A stretch of DNA of 63,328 nucleotides, filler included, from Bonamia ostreae (Eukaryota), in assembly GCA_040357525.1 (NCBI GenBank). It is 20 parts of 20 records of this genome, joined end to end, with 100 filler letters (N's around TTAATTAATTAA, not from the genome) between each part and the next. Parts side by side here need not be neighbours in the genome. Positions count along the whole stretch, not along the records: positions 38,217 to 41,272 come from JBDODL010000601.1; positions 41,373 to 44,428 come from JBDODL010000602.1; positions 44,529 to 47,583 come from JBDODL010000603.1; positions 47,684 to 50,737 come from JBDODL010000604.1; 16 more parts are not named here. The stretch is one strand, 5' to 3'. The notes below the pieces were generated by a model, which was not told where the DNA came from, searched no databases, and saw only the letters and a list, made by a program, of their open reading frames with translations. Shown here one piece after another: positions 38,950-50,837 of this stretch (the first letter of the stretch is position 1; every line of letters starts with the position of its first letter). The translations under genes were made by a program, and so were the position numbers.

Positions 38950-40260
38950 TTCTTGCATCAAGTAAACATGACACATTGGAGGATACATATACTTTATTGT
39001 AAAGCTGTAGGACGGATTGAGGCCACTGGATGGGGAATCAACTTAGTATTGTTGTGGATCGCTATGTGTCAACAGCGAAAATCACGCTTCTACACACATA
39101 ATTTCAAGATGGCAATGGACCATTTATTAAGGAATACTAGTATATCTTGCATTGCTTATATTAATGAAATCTTGATATTCGTGGCCAAATGGAGAATTCT
39201 ATCTTTATAAATGGAGGAATCTCTGAAGAAGAAAACTGTTTGCTATACTTTAAGTCCCGTGAGTCCCTGTCTACTTATCAAGCCATACGAGTACTTATAT
39301 TTAATTTCTGAAAGCCAATGCAGTTGAAGACTCTTCGTTGATGAAAGAAATAAACTACCGAACAGTTTTGAATCGGCAAGACATCTGTGGAGAGGAACCA
39401 ATAGTGAATGTCAGGAAAGTTATGATTTGGAATCCATAATAGCATACACATCAAACAATAGTGATATCTTTGGATGGTAAAACAGGCTAGACTGATATTG
39501 AACTGTGTGCGTCCTTACCATTTTATGGCAATGAAGTGGTGAAAGCCTGTGTTGAGGGAGGAGACATTAGTGGTGAACCACTTACAATGCAGTTGAAGAG
39601 TGTCAAAAAGGACAGAAGATGAAGATATACGTCACCATCGCCTGTTGCTTTGATAGCATTTCAACAGAACCGGACATCCTGTTTGCAAAAGAACATAGTG
39701 CCATTTTATCTGGAGTTGCACTCTGTTCCGTACGGAATATCTGTAAACAATGGAACTCTGGACTCGGCTATATATGAAATTTTCCACGAATAATTGATGT
39801 CTCCCGGGAAGACCTTGTTCCCAGAACCACTTATACCTGCGAAGTACAAGCTGCCAAAGAGGGAGATGTTTTCCTAATATGACAGCAACACATAAAGGAG
39901 TGCTTCGTTTCTCGGAAGTGCCAAGTCAGTTGCCTTTAAGTCACAGTATTTAATGCAAGTGAAAAGAAAGCCAAATCAATTCAGCATCAGCCACATATTT
40001 GCTACACTGGCCTTATGACTCTATTTAGGATGAGCGGCGATCTATTCGTTGCCTTATTAAACAAAGTCAGCTTCACAAGAACATTATTCCTGCAGTACTC
40101 TTCCTTTTCACCAGTGGATTGTTTAAACCTATTGGACCTCGGAAATAAATTGAAACTTGTACTTTCTCCATAACGATCATCTTGAAAGGTTGGAAAATAG
40201 AGGGTGGCGAAGTCCCCTACTTACACGATCAAAATAACCAAGGTAATGAGACCAGAGGTT
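38950..40260 (+). mobile_element. Highly degenerate Ty3/Gypsy-like pol relic (probable metazoan contig)
   Basis: FKMAMDHLLRNTSISCIAYINEILIF resembles the RT core FQRxMDxxL...xYLDDILIF. The downstream frame is full of stops. Confidence 0.5.
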
Positions 40261-40974
40261 AGCTATATAAATACTCTCATCTACACGGCCCTGACTGCTA
40301 TTGCTGTTTCGAAGGGAAAAAACTCCCAGGAAAGTGTGTTATGTGGGTCCCTGGGGCGTTCCAGGACACATAGCTCATCCAGCGGCTCTCTGAACATAAC
40401 ATGACCAAAGAGACTCAATTACTAAGCACGTGACTTTTACAGTATTAGCACTGCTTGCTTGTATAGTATGGTGTTTCTTACTTAACCAAAGAACAATTAA
40501 CGATTCCTAGAATACTGCAACATAGATATGGGACGTATTTACACTCCCTGTTATTTTTATATACAAAGTCCTTATCTTCTACACGCAATTTTTAATTGAT
40601 TGGCTGTTCCCTCCCCTATTTTTAAATAAATAGTGAAAGGTAGTTTATGTGTGAAGTGCTAAATTGAAGGATATGTGTAGTGAATCTACGATTGCGCCCC
40701 CCCCCCCTCCTACGATTTATAGGAGTTTTGCATTTGGGGAGAAGTACTCCAAATTCATTTTTTTTTTCTTCCTTGTCAAAACGTTAAGTCAATTATGAAA
40801 TAATTCTGCTGCCCCTCTCCAACTTTAAAAAACGCCGATGCTACTTGCCTGTTTCTGTCAATAGTTACAATTAGAATATCTTGAAATGCAATAGCCTTTT
40901 TTGATTTAGAAATTGATATTTTATTTCACTGCATCTGTTTAATAGATTTGAGTATACAACTGTCATATACTTAC

Positions 40975-41046
40975 AGTTTATGTAGCTTAGAAAGACCTTC
41001 GAAGTTGATATTCTCTATCGTTGTCAATTGATTAGAACCCAGAGAT
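40975..41046 (-). CDS. Isolated 72-nt LRR exon (metazoan extracellular LRR gene)
   Basis: TTAG|...SLGSNQLTTIENINFEGLSKLHKL|GTAAGT: exactly one 24-aa LRR per 72-nt exon. Confidence 0.75.
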
Positions 41047-41372
41047 CTAAATTTAAAAAATATTAACTGCAAGTCCTTTACTTATTCTTCCTTTTATTCC
41101 TCGGAGCTTTATAATACTTAGCATCACGAACAAGTAATATTTCATGCAAACAAATTATTAATTGAATCAAAAGGGATTTGAACTTCTTGAATTATCATAA
41201 ATGAGCATAAAACAGTTACCATCTGCAATGAAATGAGAAATACAGTCATAATACGATACATTATTACCAGATNNNNNNNNNNNNNNNNNNNNNNNNNNNN
41301 NNNNNNNNNNNNNNNNTTAATTAATTAANNNNNNNNNNNNNNNNNNNNNNNNNNNNNNNNNNNNNNNNNNNN

Positions 41373-43823
41373 CAATTGAATCATTCAAAAACGACATTGA
41401 AACAACGATTTCATTTATTTTGGGTTTATTTGGAAATGATACCATCCAAGCGCTGCTTTGCTGGTTCGTTTTTTCGCTCGTTTTGATTTCTTTTGCGATG
41501 ATGTTTCTACCTTTTGGGTTTGGAGCACCCTCTTGGATAACAAGAAACGCTGTAGATATTAGTAGAAGAATGAGCCAGGTTTTTGTTAAGATAAAGAACT
41601 TTCTCCCCACTACGAGAAAACTTAGACGGTACTCAGAAAAACTGTATAGATCTTCAAAAGATGTGTCAAATATGGTTGTTGCCTACAACTCAATCTTCAC
41701 GCTCGGAAGAATAAAAAAGTTGCAAAACGCATTTGTATTGGTTTCTGTAGTGATCGGCGTTTTTGCTTTTTCTTTTTTGGTTATAGAGCGCAAATCATTG
41801 TTGCCATCTTCGGTAGTTTTTGGGATTTGGGTTGTTTGTTTGGCGCCGATACTTTCTTGTTTGTTGGGGGTTTTGTTGTTCGATTGGATGTTCCAGATTA
41901 AAATAAATCTTATTTTGGTAGTGCTCACGTTTCCGCGACAATGGGGTCTCATTTTTCTTGAAATCGCTTATATTGTTGGGACCTTAGGGGTCGTTTTCAT
42001 TTTGCTATCGTTCATATGTTCGAAATCTAAAGGAAATGGTAATATTATTAAATTTTAACATTGAAGAGGATACAAAGTTTATGAGTTTTTTTGATAAGTT
42101 TTTAAGAGAACACTTGTTTCCGAAATTGTAAATTGAAAAATTGCTTTGATTGCAAATCGGATAAAAACATAATACTGGACCCAGAAAAATATGGATTATT
42201 TTACACTTGTAAAAAACAATGTTGTCCATGTTGTCTTTCTGAAGACATTAACAAATTTAACTTACAAAAAAATGTAATCAGCGAACAAATATCTCAGAGT
42301 ACCAATAAAATGATGTCATTTAAGCAATTTGTGAATGAATACGACATTAGCATTTGTGGTCTAATAGCCACTAAATTTTGTTACTGTTGCGATCTTGAAA
42401 TAGATACTAGTGGTTTTTATAGTGATTTATCAAAGAATCGTATCAGAGATTATGTTCGATTTGTTTCTTTAAGTGTTTAGATTGCAGTTGTTCGAGTTTA
42501 TATAAAATTAACCAATATAGAATACGATTCGATTGATGCTAGACCATTATGTCCTTATTGCTGCACGGACGGATTTCAAGTTTGTCACCCAGACGGTTTA
42601 CTTTATTAAAAATATTGCACGAATAAAAAAGAATATAAAATCGATTGTTGCACAAAAAACGAACCATGTAACTGTTTGTGTTTTGAATTTGAGTGTGACA
42701 CAACTGAAGAAACATCACTTTCTAAATGTTTTAATCCGCTCAATATTGGCACTTTTTTCACGTTTCTGATACCGATTTCATTCAGTTTAATTTCTCTCTA
42801 TTTTTCGATTAAATCGCTAAAATACGATTGGATATCGATTGAAGTTGAACCTGGAGTATTGTTCCAGGTTTTGGCATTGAATATATTATTATTGTTACAA
42901 CTTTATACAATTTTAGAAAATAACAGAAGATAAATCGGCAACGACGGGAATGTATGGATTGAACGAGCAACAAACTGAGAATAGTTTTTGTTGTCCTATT
43001 ATCGACATCATCGGTTTTACTCTAGACGCTGTTTTTGGATTCATAGGACTCATTTTCAAGAGTTTTATTATTATTATTCTATGTAAATAATAACGATACT
43101 TTCTCTTTATTGTTACAGTTTGCAAAGATTTATGTCATTTTTTGTAAAATTAATGTTTTTAATTGCAATTACAAAATAATAATGTCATTTTCAAGTTACA
43201 AATGTATTGGCATAAAATGTCGATTTTGATAAATGAAAATATTTTTGTGTTTAAAAAAAGGTCTGTTTGATTTATTGGAACAAATAGAAATTTTAGACAA
43301 CGCAATCGACCAAATAAAGGAAATAACATCTTTTATAGCAACAAGTTTCCCGAAAATTGTACTTCTAATAGGTTCTGTGACAGCAAGCAGCTTTATTATA
43401 AGCATGTCCTTTGTTGCTTCATTCTCTAGATACATTCCAAGACCAATTACATTAGGTACATCTACTTTATTTGCTTCATTTGGAGTCATATTACTAATAG
43501 TTGTACCCGAACTAATAGTTTCAACATTAGCTTTTGTACCCTTTTTCGATTTTTTCATAAATTTGCTCGAAGGGTATAACTATGCGATGTTGAGTTATTT
43601 GTTTGTAGGGATAAGTATCGTTACCTTAGCTGTTGATACAGTTGCTGAGCCTATATCTCCAAACAAGCCTTATTTGTTTGAAACAATGGTGAATGAAGTC
43701 GAAAAAGATCATGTCGACCCTATTCATATGAATGAATATATTAATAGAGGAACTGAGTACATTGCATCGCGTATTCTCAGCTCGGAGTCAAACGATTTGA
43801 ATGATTATTATAAAATGTATTGA
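41373..43823 (+). CDS. Multi-pass membrane protein with Cys-rich segments, 5' partial
   Basis: Several hydrophobic helices in 41420-42050, 42740-43080 and 43233-43640 flank CCPCC, CYCC, CCTDG and DCCTK motifs. Short introns link the exons. Confidence 0.6.
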
Positions 43824-44074
43824 TACAACGTTTGTAAGTTGATACACAATTTTGCAATTTAATACCTTTATAAGGTCGATCATTACGAAACTTTTAATTG
43901 AAAACATTTTATTAAAAGTCATTTTTGAATTTATGAACATTGAATTAGAATAATTTGAGAGACATTTTTTGTGATTTGACAAAAAATTGCAATTTGATTG
44001 GTTTAACCAAATTTTAATGTTGATTCAATTTGATTCAATCAAACAAATCCAAATCCGAATAGCCAAAATTTTAA

Positions 44075-44428
44075 ATGTTTAACAATTTTCCTTGCGGTTT
44101 CCCTCAAAACTTCCAAAACTACCAAATGCCCTTCTGTCCCCCTTTTGGCAACAACCGAAACAATTTTTCAAACGACTATTCAAATTCTTGCTATCCGCCA
44201 AGAGGACCACCCGGACCCCCTGGATGCCCAGGAATGCCCGGTTTCAACCTTGTTGGACCTGTAGGCAGACCAGGCTGCGTTGGTCCAATTGGACCAAAAG
44301 GACCTCAGGGATTTAGCGGATGCCACGGAATGCCAGGATACCCGGGAATGGCGGGCTTAAACGGAAGAAGAGGCAAAAAAGGGCCCAAAGGTGTACCAGG
44401 AAAACGTGGATATTGTGGCCCGCGGGGG
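44075..44428 (+). CDS. Collagen-like (Gly-X-Y) protein, 3' partial
   Basis: About 24 Gly-X-Y triplets with one interruption ([12 protein letters not shown] ... GKR GYC GPR) after a P/N/F/C-rich N-terminus. Confidence 0.85.
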
Positions 44429-44528
44429 NNNNNNNNNNNNNNNNNNNNNNNNNNNNNNNNNNNNNNNNNNNNTTAATTAATTAANNNNNNNNNNNNNNNN
44501 NNNNNNNNNNNNNNNNNNNNNNNNNNNN

Positions 44529-46815
44529 AACTAGCGACATTTTTTCATGTATCGCCACCGAATCGAATCCCAATTTTTTCAAAAACGCATTCACTTTTGC
44601 AACATTTTGCGGAAAAGCACAAAATATCAACGTTTTTTCCTAATTTTTTTCAGCAAATTTTTTTTAAAAAACATTGCAAAATTTCCGATCCAAATTTCGT
44701 TCTAATATTTTCGATTCTGTAAAATTGATCAATTTTTTATTATACAATTTTTCCAAATTTATTTCGTTGCAATTCTCGTTATCACCAAAATTACTATTGA
44801 CGCCAAGCGCTTTTAATAAAGAGATTTGGTGGTCAATCTCGCCTTTAACTAGTTTCCAAGAAGTTTCGAGCTGAGGAAGGACATGATGCAACATTGGCGA
44901 CTGAATCCAAACGGAATTTTTAAATAACGAATTGAGCGGATTAAGTCGATTCGTCTGTTTTTGGGTCATTTCCGTTTTGTGCAAAAATTTCTGCACAATT
45001 TTTTTGCCCAATGTCGCACCGCAAAAAATATATTTTAGTTTGGACTTTTCAAGTCCGATAAAGCTTTTTAAGGGGCTTAAAAGGTCTTTTTTCGTTTCTC
45101 GCAAATCGCCTTTTTTCGAGTTTACAATATTATTTTCATCGTTATTTTTTCCGGATTTCGTTGCAATTTTATCGCCGGACTTTGATTGGTCGATTATATG
45201 GAAATTTTGTGTTTGATCAGTTTCTTTTTCGATCATTTTGAAAACGGCCAAAATCGATTTCAAATATGTCCAACGTTCGTTAAATGGCTCTAGAAGAAAA
45301 TCGGCTTCGTCGAAAATGATGAAATTTAGTCCGATGGCCAAATCGGGCGTTATCTTCGTCGCCAATGTTTTCGGAGTGCAAACAAGAACGTCCGGAAACC
45401 ATTTTGGATTTTCCGATTTTTCCAAATTTTCGTTTTTTTTGATTTGCAAAATTTCTTTTTGTTGAGCTTTAACAGCTTTTTTTCGGATGTTTTCTGTTTG
45501 GACAAAAAGATGATTTGAGAATTTTTGTTTGTCGCGATGTTCAATTTGCGGGAAAGTTTGGGATTCACGGAAATGTTGAATTGCGATTTTGGAGTTTTCT
45601 GCGATTTGAATTGCGACGTTTTTGATCTTTTGAATTTTGGGTTTTGAAACTTGGTTGCAAAGTTCCTCGGTGGCGCCGATCACGATGGCTCTTGGGAGTC
45701 TGGCCAGATTTTTGTTGTGGTCGTAACCTTCTAATCGGCGTTGATCGGGTGTTAGCAGTTTGTCGATTGTCGGTGTCAAATAAGCGATCGTTTTGCCGCT
45801 GCCCGTCTTTTTTAAGTTTTAATTTTATTATTTTATTTCAAAAATTTGTTATTTCGAAAATTTTATTATTTTATTTCAAAAATTTGTTATTTCGAAAATT
45901 TTATTATCTTATTTCAAAAATTTGTTATTTCGAAAATTTTATTATTTAATTTAAAAAATTTGATATTTCGAAAATTTTATTATTTTATTTCAAAAATTTG
46001 TTATTTCGAAAATTTTATTATTTTAAAAAATTTTGTTATTTCGAAAATTTTGTCATTTTAAAATCTTTGTCATTTTAAAAAATTTTATAATTTAATTTCA
46101 AAAATTTGTTATTTCGATAATTTTATTATTTTAAAAAATTTTGTTATTTCGAAAATTTTGTTATTTTATTTCAAAAATTTGCCATTTTAAAAAATTTTAT
46201 TATTTTATTTCAAAAGTTTGTTATTTTAAAATTTTGATATTTCAAAATAAAACTTCAGCGCCCAAAACAATTGTTTTTTTGTTAACAGCGTTTTTGATAA
46301 CGGGAAAAGCGAGATTTTGTATAAAAGTGGGATATTTAAAGCCATTTTTGTAAAGATTTTTGAGAATTTTCGGGGACTGAATATAATGTTCAAAGTTTGA
46401 ATTTGTGTTTATGAACGGCGCTGGAGTTGCTGCTTTTCTTAATTTTTATTTAAAAATTAGCCTTCTTCGATTAAAAATTGTTAGTCGAAAAAATCAATTT
46501 CTTTTTTTAACAAAATTGCGATTAAACATTATTTTAATAAACAAAACTCAAAATTATCAAGTTTTTTCGGACTTTTGTTTTTAGTCAAATTATTATTGAA
46601 ATGGCTGTTTTTGTTCGGAATCGCTTTATTAAAAAAGTTTTCGTTCTGGAGAGTATCGAAATCTTTCTAAAATTTTTAAAATTGACCATTATTTCGTTAA
46701 CGGATATTTTAGTTTTGTCGATATTCAATTTTGTTTTCGGTTTTCGTAAATCGCCGCTTTTTCGCATTTTCGGTTTCACAGCGTTCTTGGTTTTTGCCAA
46801 GATTTTGTTCATCAT
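44529..46815 (-). CDS. DEAD-box RNA helicase (DDX28/Mrh4-like), partial
   Basis: Q motif PTFIQNLAFPVI, GAE/TGSGKTIAYL, PRAIVIGATEELCNQ, VLVCTP, IIFDEAD and motif III variant CGATL. Start uncertain. Confidence 0.8.
45820..46250. repeat. Intronic tandem repeat, about 38-bp unit
   Basis: TTTCGAAAATTTTATTATTTTATTTCAAAAATTTGTTA repeated about 11 times, filling the intron between the Q motif and Walker A exons. Confidence 0.9.
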
Positions 46816-47286
46816 TTTAAAGCTTTAAAATGTTATCTTTTATTCATATATTTTGTTATTTTTTTAAGCTTCTTCACTTTTTTTAATTTCGGAATAACGA
46901 TTTTTTCTCTTTTTGAATATGAAGCAATTTTGTCGTTCAAAACGGAAAATTTTATGACATTTAATTCATTTGTTAATTCAAACAAAAATAATTTTTTGGT
47001 CGCTTCGTTTTCGATGATAAAAAATATTTTTTTGGCAATTTATCCATTTCGAGATAAGATTTATCGGAAGTTTTTAGCACTTTGACATTTTTAGGAAATT
47101 TATAATAACGAACAATTTATAAAAGATTGATAATTTTATATAAAAATGGCGATTTAAGAGGGAGAGAAGTAACTTAGATTTTACCAAAACGACTTTTAAA
47201 TTGTGCTTTATAAACCATTTTATTTTAACCGAAAACACGTAAAAGCGTTTTGTGTTAAATAATTTAGACAAAAATATTATTTTGTG

Positions 47287-47366
47287 ATGCCGTGCAATCT
47301 AAGCGTTATAGGAAGCGGTTTTATAAATTTAATGATTTAAGGAAATTGGGGCAGTGTCGTGGCAAA
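47287..47366 (+). CDS. GPD1: NAD-dependent glycerol-3-phosphate dehydrogenase, N-terminal fragment
   Basis: MPCNLSVIGSGNWGSVVAK after removing 24-nt intron 47318-47341. GSGNWGS is the characteristic GPD1 Rossmann motif. Confidence 0.7.
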
Positions 47367-48226
47367 GTTTTATTTCTTGAACAGCAAATTTAAATCGTAT
47401 TAACAAAATGTTTTGGGTTCGTAAATAATTTGATCTTCGGCAAAAATGAAATAATTTTTAAATAAAATAGTCTTTAACAAAATATAAAATCAATATTTTT
47501 AAATTTATCACAAAAATTGACTATTTTGTGATAAATTTTTAATCCCGAAAAAATATAAAAATTAAAATTTTATTAAAAAATTGNNNNNNNNNNNNNNNNN
47601 NNNNNNNNNNNNNNNNNNNNNNNNNNNTTAATTAATTAANNNNNNNNNNNNNNNNNNNNNNNNNNNNNNNNNNNNNNNNNNNNCAACTAAACTAAAAATA
47701 ACAGAAGTTAATTTACAATATATAATTTAAATATTATTTACTGTTAAAATTATGAAAAAAATCGAAAAAAAATCTTATCTTCATTTAATATAAAAAAAAA
47801 TCAGCCATAAAATTATATTTAAAAAATGATAATAAATATAAAATAAAAAACAAAATAAATATAACATAAAAGAAAAAACAAAACAAAAAAAATTTAAAAC
47901 ATTAAAAAAAATAAGTAAATAAATAAATATTAAAAAACTTATAAAATAAAATATTACATAAAAAAATTTTTAAACTTATAAAAAAAGGGTAGTAAGGTCG
48001 GGGGACCTGAAAACCATAAAAAAATTACATTAAAGGAAAAAAAATTGCAAAATAAATAACTGACGATATTTAAAAATAAATATAAATGGTGAGAGAGAAA
48101 ATGTGAATAAGCGTGTTGATGTAAAGTAAAGTTGAAAACGCTAAAAGCTTTGAAGAGCCATGGCGAGAATGATTGAAACGTGAAGGCTACAATTCTTGAG
48201 TTGATTAAATCATTTTGTTATAAAAA

Positions 48227-48246
48227 AACCCTAACCCTAACCCTAA
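48227..48246 (+). repeat. Interstitial telomere-like repeat AA(CCCTAA)3
   Basis: AACCCTAACCCTAACCCTAA, i.e. (TTAGGG)n on the minus strand. Confidence 0.85.
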
Positions 48247-48573
48247 AATGCGTATCACATAAATGGTTACGAAAGTTATTGTATTTTGCGAAGCCACAAC
48301 AGAGTAGGTGGTGGTCTCGTAATCTACATAAAAAATAATATAAAATTTACAAGAATTAATCTAAGACATTTGTCATTAGATGATAATTCTGGATATGAAA
48401 TACAAGGTATAAATGTAAAAACTGATGATAAAACAATCAGTATTTACAATTTGTACATAATACCATCAAAAAAGACAAATTTTGATGAACTATTCCAAGA
48501 CATTAATTTTGATGAACTATTCCAAAGACAATCTAAATCAAATAAAAGAAAGAAATTGAAAGAAATGAAATGA
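48247..48573 (+). mobile_element. Non-LTR retrotransposon (LINE) APE endonuclease fragment
   Basis: INGYESYCILRSHNRVGGGLVIYIKNNIKF...YEIQGINV..KTISIYNLYIIP matches the APE motifs R..GGGV.IYI and I.N.Y.PP. It degenerates after a duplicated NFDELFQ. Confidence 0.75.
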
Positions 48574-48664
48574 GAGGTTATGTATGGCTGCAAATATACT
48601 GCAAATAATGAGAGGTTATCAAATTTGAGACAACAAAAATATTACAAATTTTTAACATGGCGTA

Positions 48665-50737
48665 TCAAAGAAGCAACAACACCAGTTCTACCAATCCATA
48701 TCGAATCAGTGCTTTTCCCCCAAAATCACTCTCCATCAACACGGTCGACACTTTTTCGACCGGTTTTTCTCTGGTTGAACAAATAACAGGCGTCCAAGTC
48801 GAAGCCGATCTTTTCGTGAAACCGCTTATAAACGACAAAAGCGATTTCTGGCTCGAAAATGGCGATATGCGTCCGGGGCTGCAGCTGTAAACACAAACGG
48901 TTTCGCCGTTCGAATCCACAACGCAGTTGTCCCAATCGACTTCAAAAACAACCTGTGCGCCGTAACTTGTCTCCCGCGATTCCAGAGAATGCTTGTCTTT
49001 CTCGACAACGAAGGAATGATCGGCGCAGAGCGGCCGAACCCATTCTCCGTTCTGACTCCAGATCGCTCCTTCGAATTTGTTGTGTCGACGGCGGTCGTAC
49101 GGCATCGCAAACAAATCTCGGTCGCAGACAAATCTGCAAACAGCTCCTTCCGATTTTTCGCATTTCGAAGAAACGTATTTCCCGTTTTTGATAAAAGGCA
49201 AATCTTCGTTTTCCCGTTCGACATCGGAAGAGCAGACGAGCGATTGCAGCACGACTTCCGCTGGGAAAAACCCTCCCTCTTCGATCGAAGAGAAGTACCA
49301 GTCGCCTTCAAAGCAAGTTAGCAGAATTTGCGATGTCTTCGAAGTCTGGAATTTCCCAGAATTGCAAATGAGACGACAAAGCGTTCCGGCGGATTTGATA
49401 TAGTTGGCGTCGTTGCAGTTTTGCGACAAGAGATAACCGCTTCCGCTATTTTGGAAGATCGACGAGTCGCAAGAATCGCGAGAAGCTCTGTCTGCGTTAT
49501 CGTTTCCACCGCCGATGCCAGAATCATCTACACAGCTATTGTCATCGTAGCAGCCGACATCGTCGTCAGCCGTGTTCTCGTTTGTTTTGACATTGCAATA
49601 AAAGTCGCTTTTGCTGAAGAATGCTTTGTTCGTGTAACGCCAATTTCCGTTGTAGCAAATCAGATTTCTCGAGACGTGCAAAAATTGTCTGCTCGGGAAA
49701 AGTCCAGTTTTGCACTTCAAAGAACAAAACTGGTTGTGGCCGTAGAAATGGCTAAAACTGCAATTTCCAGTTGTCGTCGACGAATATAAATCGCCTGAAA
49801 AACAGTTTTGTAAAATAGGATTTCTTGTTCCGATTGATCTGTCGCCATTTTCAAAGCCTCCGTTTTCATTGTCGATAGTATTTTCGGTGGAATCGTCATT
49901 ACCGTTTTTATTTTCATCGTCATCCCCACCCGCAATGTCGCCATCACCGCCGTCATTATCGTCACCAGTGCCAATAACAGTCATTTTATCGCAAAGAATC
50001 ATTTCTCTGCCGTATTCAATATTTTTATAATTGTAAAATTTGCCCAAAATACAACTAAATTCTTTGTTTTCCTCCAAAATATTGTCGACATAGCCATCAA
50101 CACATTGAACCGTGCAAATACTACCTTCTTTTACATCCGACTTGCTTTGGCAGCTTCCTTCAGTTATCGGCAGGTACAGCAAATCAGTTTTGCATCCGTA
50201 AAAATGACATTCGACATACCCGGAGTAGCCATAATTGTTCAAATGAAGCCATTCGTCTTCGTAACAAATATATCTGCCTCGATTGGAATAGCCGTTTCTG
50301 CAACTGACAACGCATATTTTGGCATAATAAGTGCCATCTTGAAAGCAATCGAGGATATGCGTCTCGTTGTTTTTTATTAATAGATTGTCGTCGCAAGTCG
50401 GAATTATCTTCCTGCAGCGCCACTCTGTTTTTTCCCAATAAAATAGTCCTCTCTCGTTAAAGAATCTTTGATCTTCGTTGCAAATGAACGGAATTTCCAG
50501 TTTATTTATTGGATATATATCGCTGTGCAGAATGGAATCGTTTTTGCAGCCGACCAAGCAAAGTTCTTTCACAAAAACATGATTTTTTCTGTTCTTTTCG
50601 CATCTGAAATGAATGTCTTTGATTAAAAATTGCGACAGGTCGCATGTTTTGATGTTGCTCTCTTTGTCATCTTCTTCAATGTCTTTGCCTTCATTTTCAT
50701 CTTTATCTTCGTTTATATTCTCCTCTTTGTCATCGTT
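48665..50737 (-). CDS. Cys-rich sushi/CCP-like repeat surface protein, intronless here, 5' partial
   Basis: Frame is open to the contig edge. Repeated CxxxCxxG modules, mostly followed by C..G.W (CVVSCRNGY..CYEDEW; CSLKCKTGL..CYNGNW; CRLICNSGK..CFEGDW; CTVQCVDGY; CRFVCDRDL; CVYSCSPGR), with D/G/N-rich linkers and a hydrophobic C-terminus. Confidence 0.75.
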   Translation of the reverse strand, partial: NDDKEENINEDKDENEGKDIEEDDKESNIKTCDLSQFLIKDIHFRCEKNRKNHVFVKELCLVGCKNDSILHSDIYPINKLEIPFICNEDQRFFNERGLFYWEKTEWRCRKIIPTCDDNLLIKNNETHILDCFQDGTYYAKICVVSCRNGYSNRGRYICYEDEWLHLNNYGYSGYVECHFYGCKTDLLYLPITEGSCQSKSDVKEGSICTVQCVDGYVDNILEENKEFSCILGKFYNYKNIEYGREMILCDKMTVIGTGDDNDGGDGDIAGGDDDENKNGNDDSTENTIDNENGGFENGDRSIGTRNPILQNCFSGDLYSSTTTGNCSFSHFYGHNQFCSLKCKTGLFPSRQFLHVSRNLICYNGNWRYTNKAFFSKSDFYCNVKTNENTADDDVGCYDDNSCVDDSGIGGGNDNADRASRDSCDSSIFQNSGSGYLLSQNCNDANYIKSAGTLCRLICNSGKFQTSKTSQILLTCFEGDWYFSSIEEGGFFPAEVVLQSLVCSSDVERENEDLPFIKNGKYVSSKCEKSEGAVCRFVCDRDLFAMPYDRRRHNKFEGAIWSQNGEWVRPLCADHSFVVEKDKHSLESRETSYGAQVVFEVDWDNCVVDSNGETVCVYSCSPGRISPFSSQKSLLSFISGFTKRSASTWTPVICSTREKPVEKVSTVLMESDFGGKALIRYGLVELVLLLL

Positions 50738-50837
50738 NNNNNNNNNNNNNNNNNNNNNNNNNNNNNNNNNNNNNNNNNNNNTTAATTAATTAANNNNNNN
50801 NNNNNNNNNNNNNNNNNNNNNNNNNNNNNNNNNNNNN

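Noticed and set aside
48227-48246. Telomerase RNA template
   Set aside because: Three full repeats is longer than a typical ~1.5-repeat template, and the tract abuts retroelement coding sequence with no evident pseudoknot.
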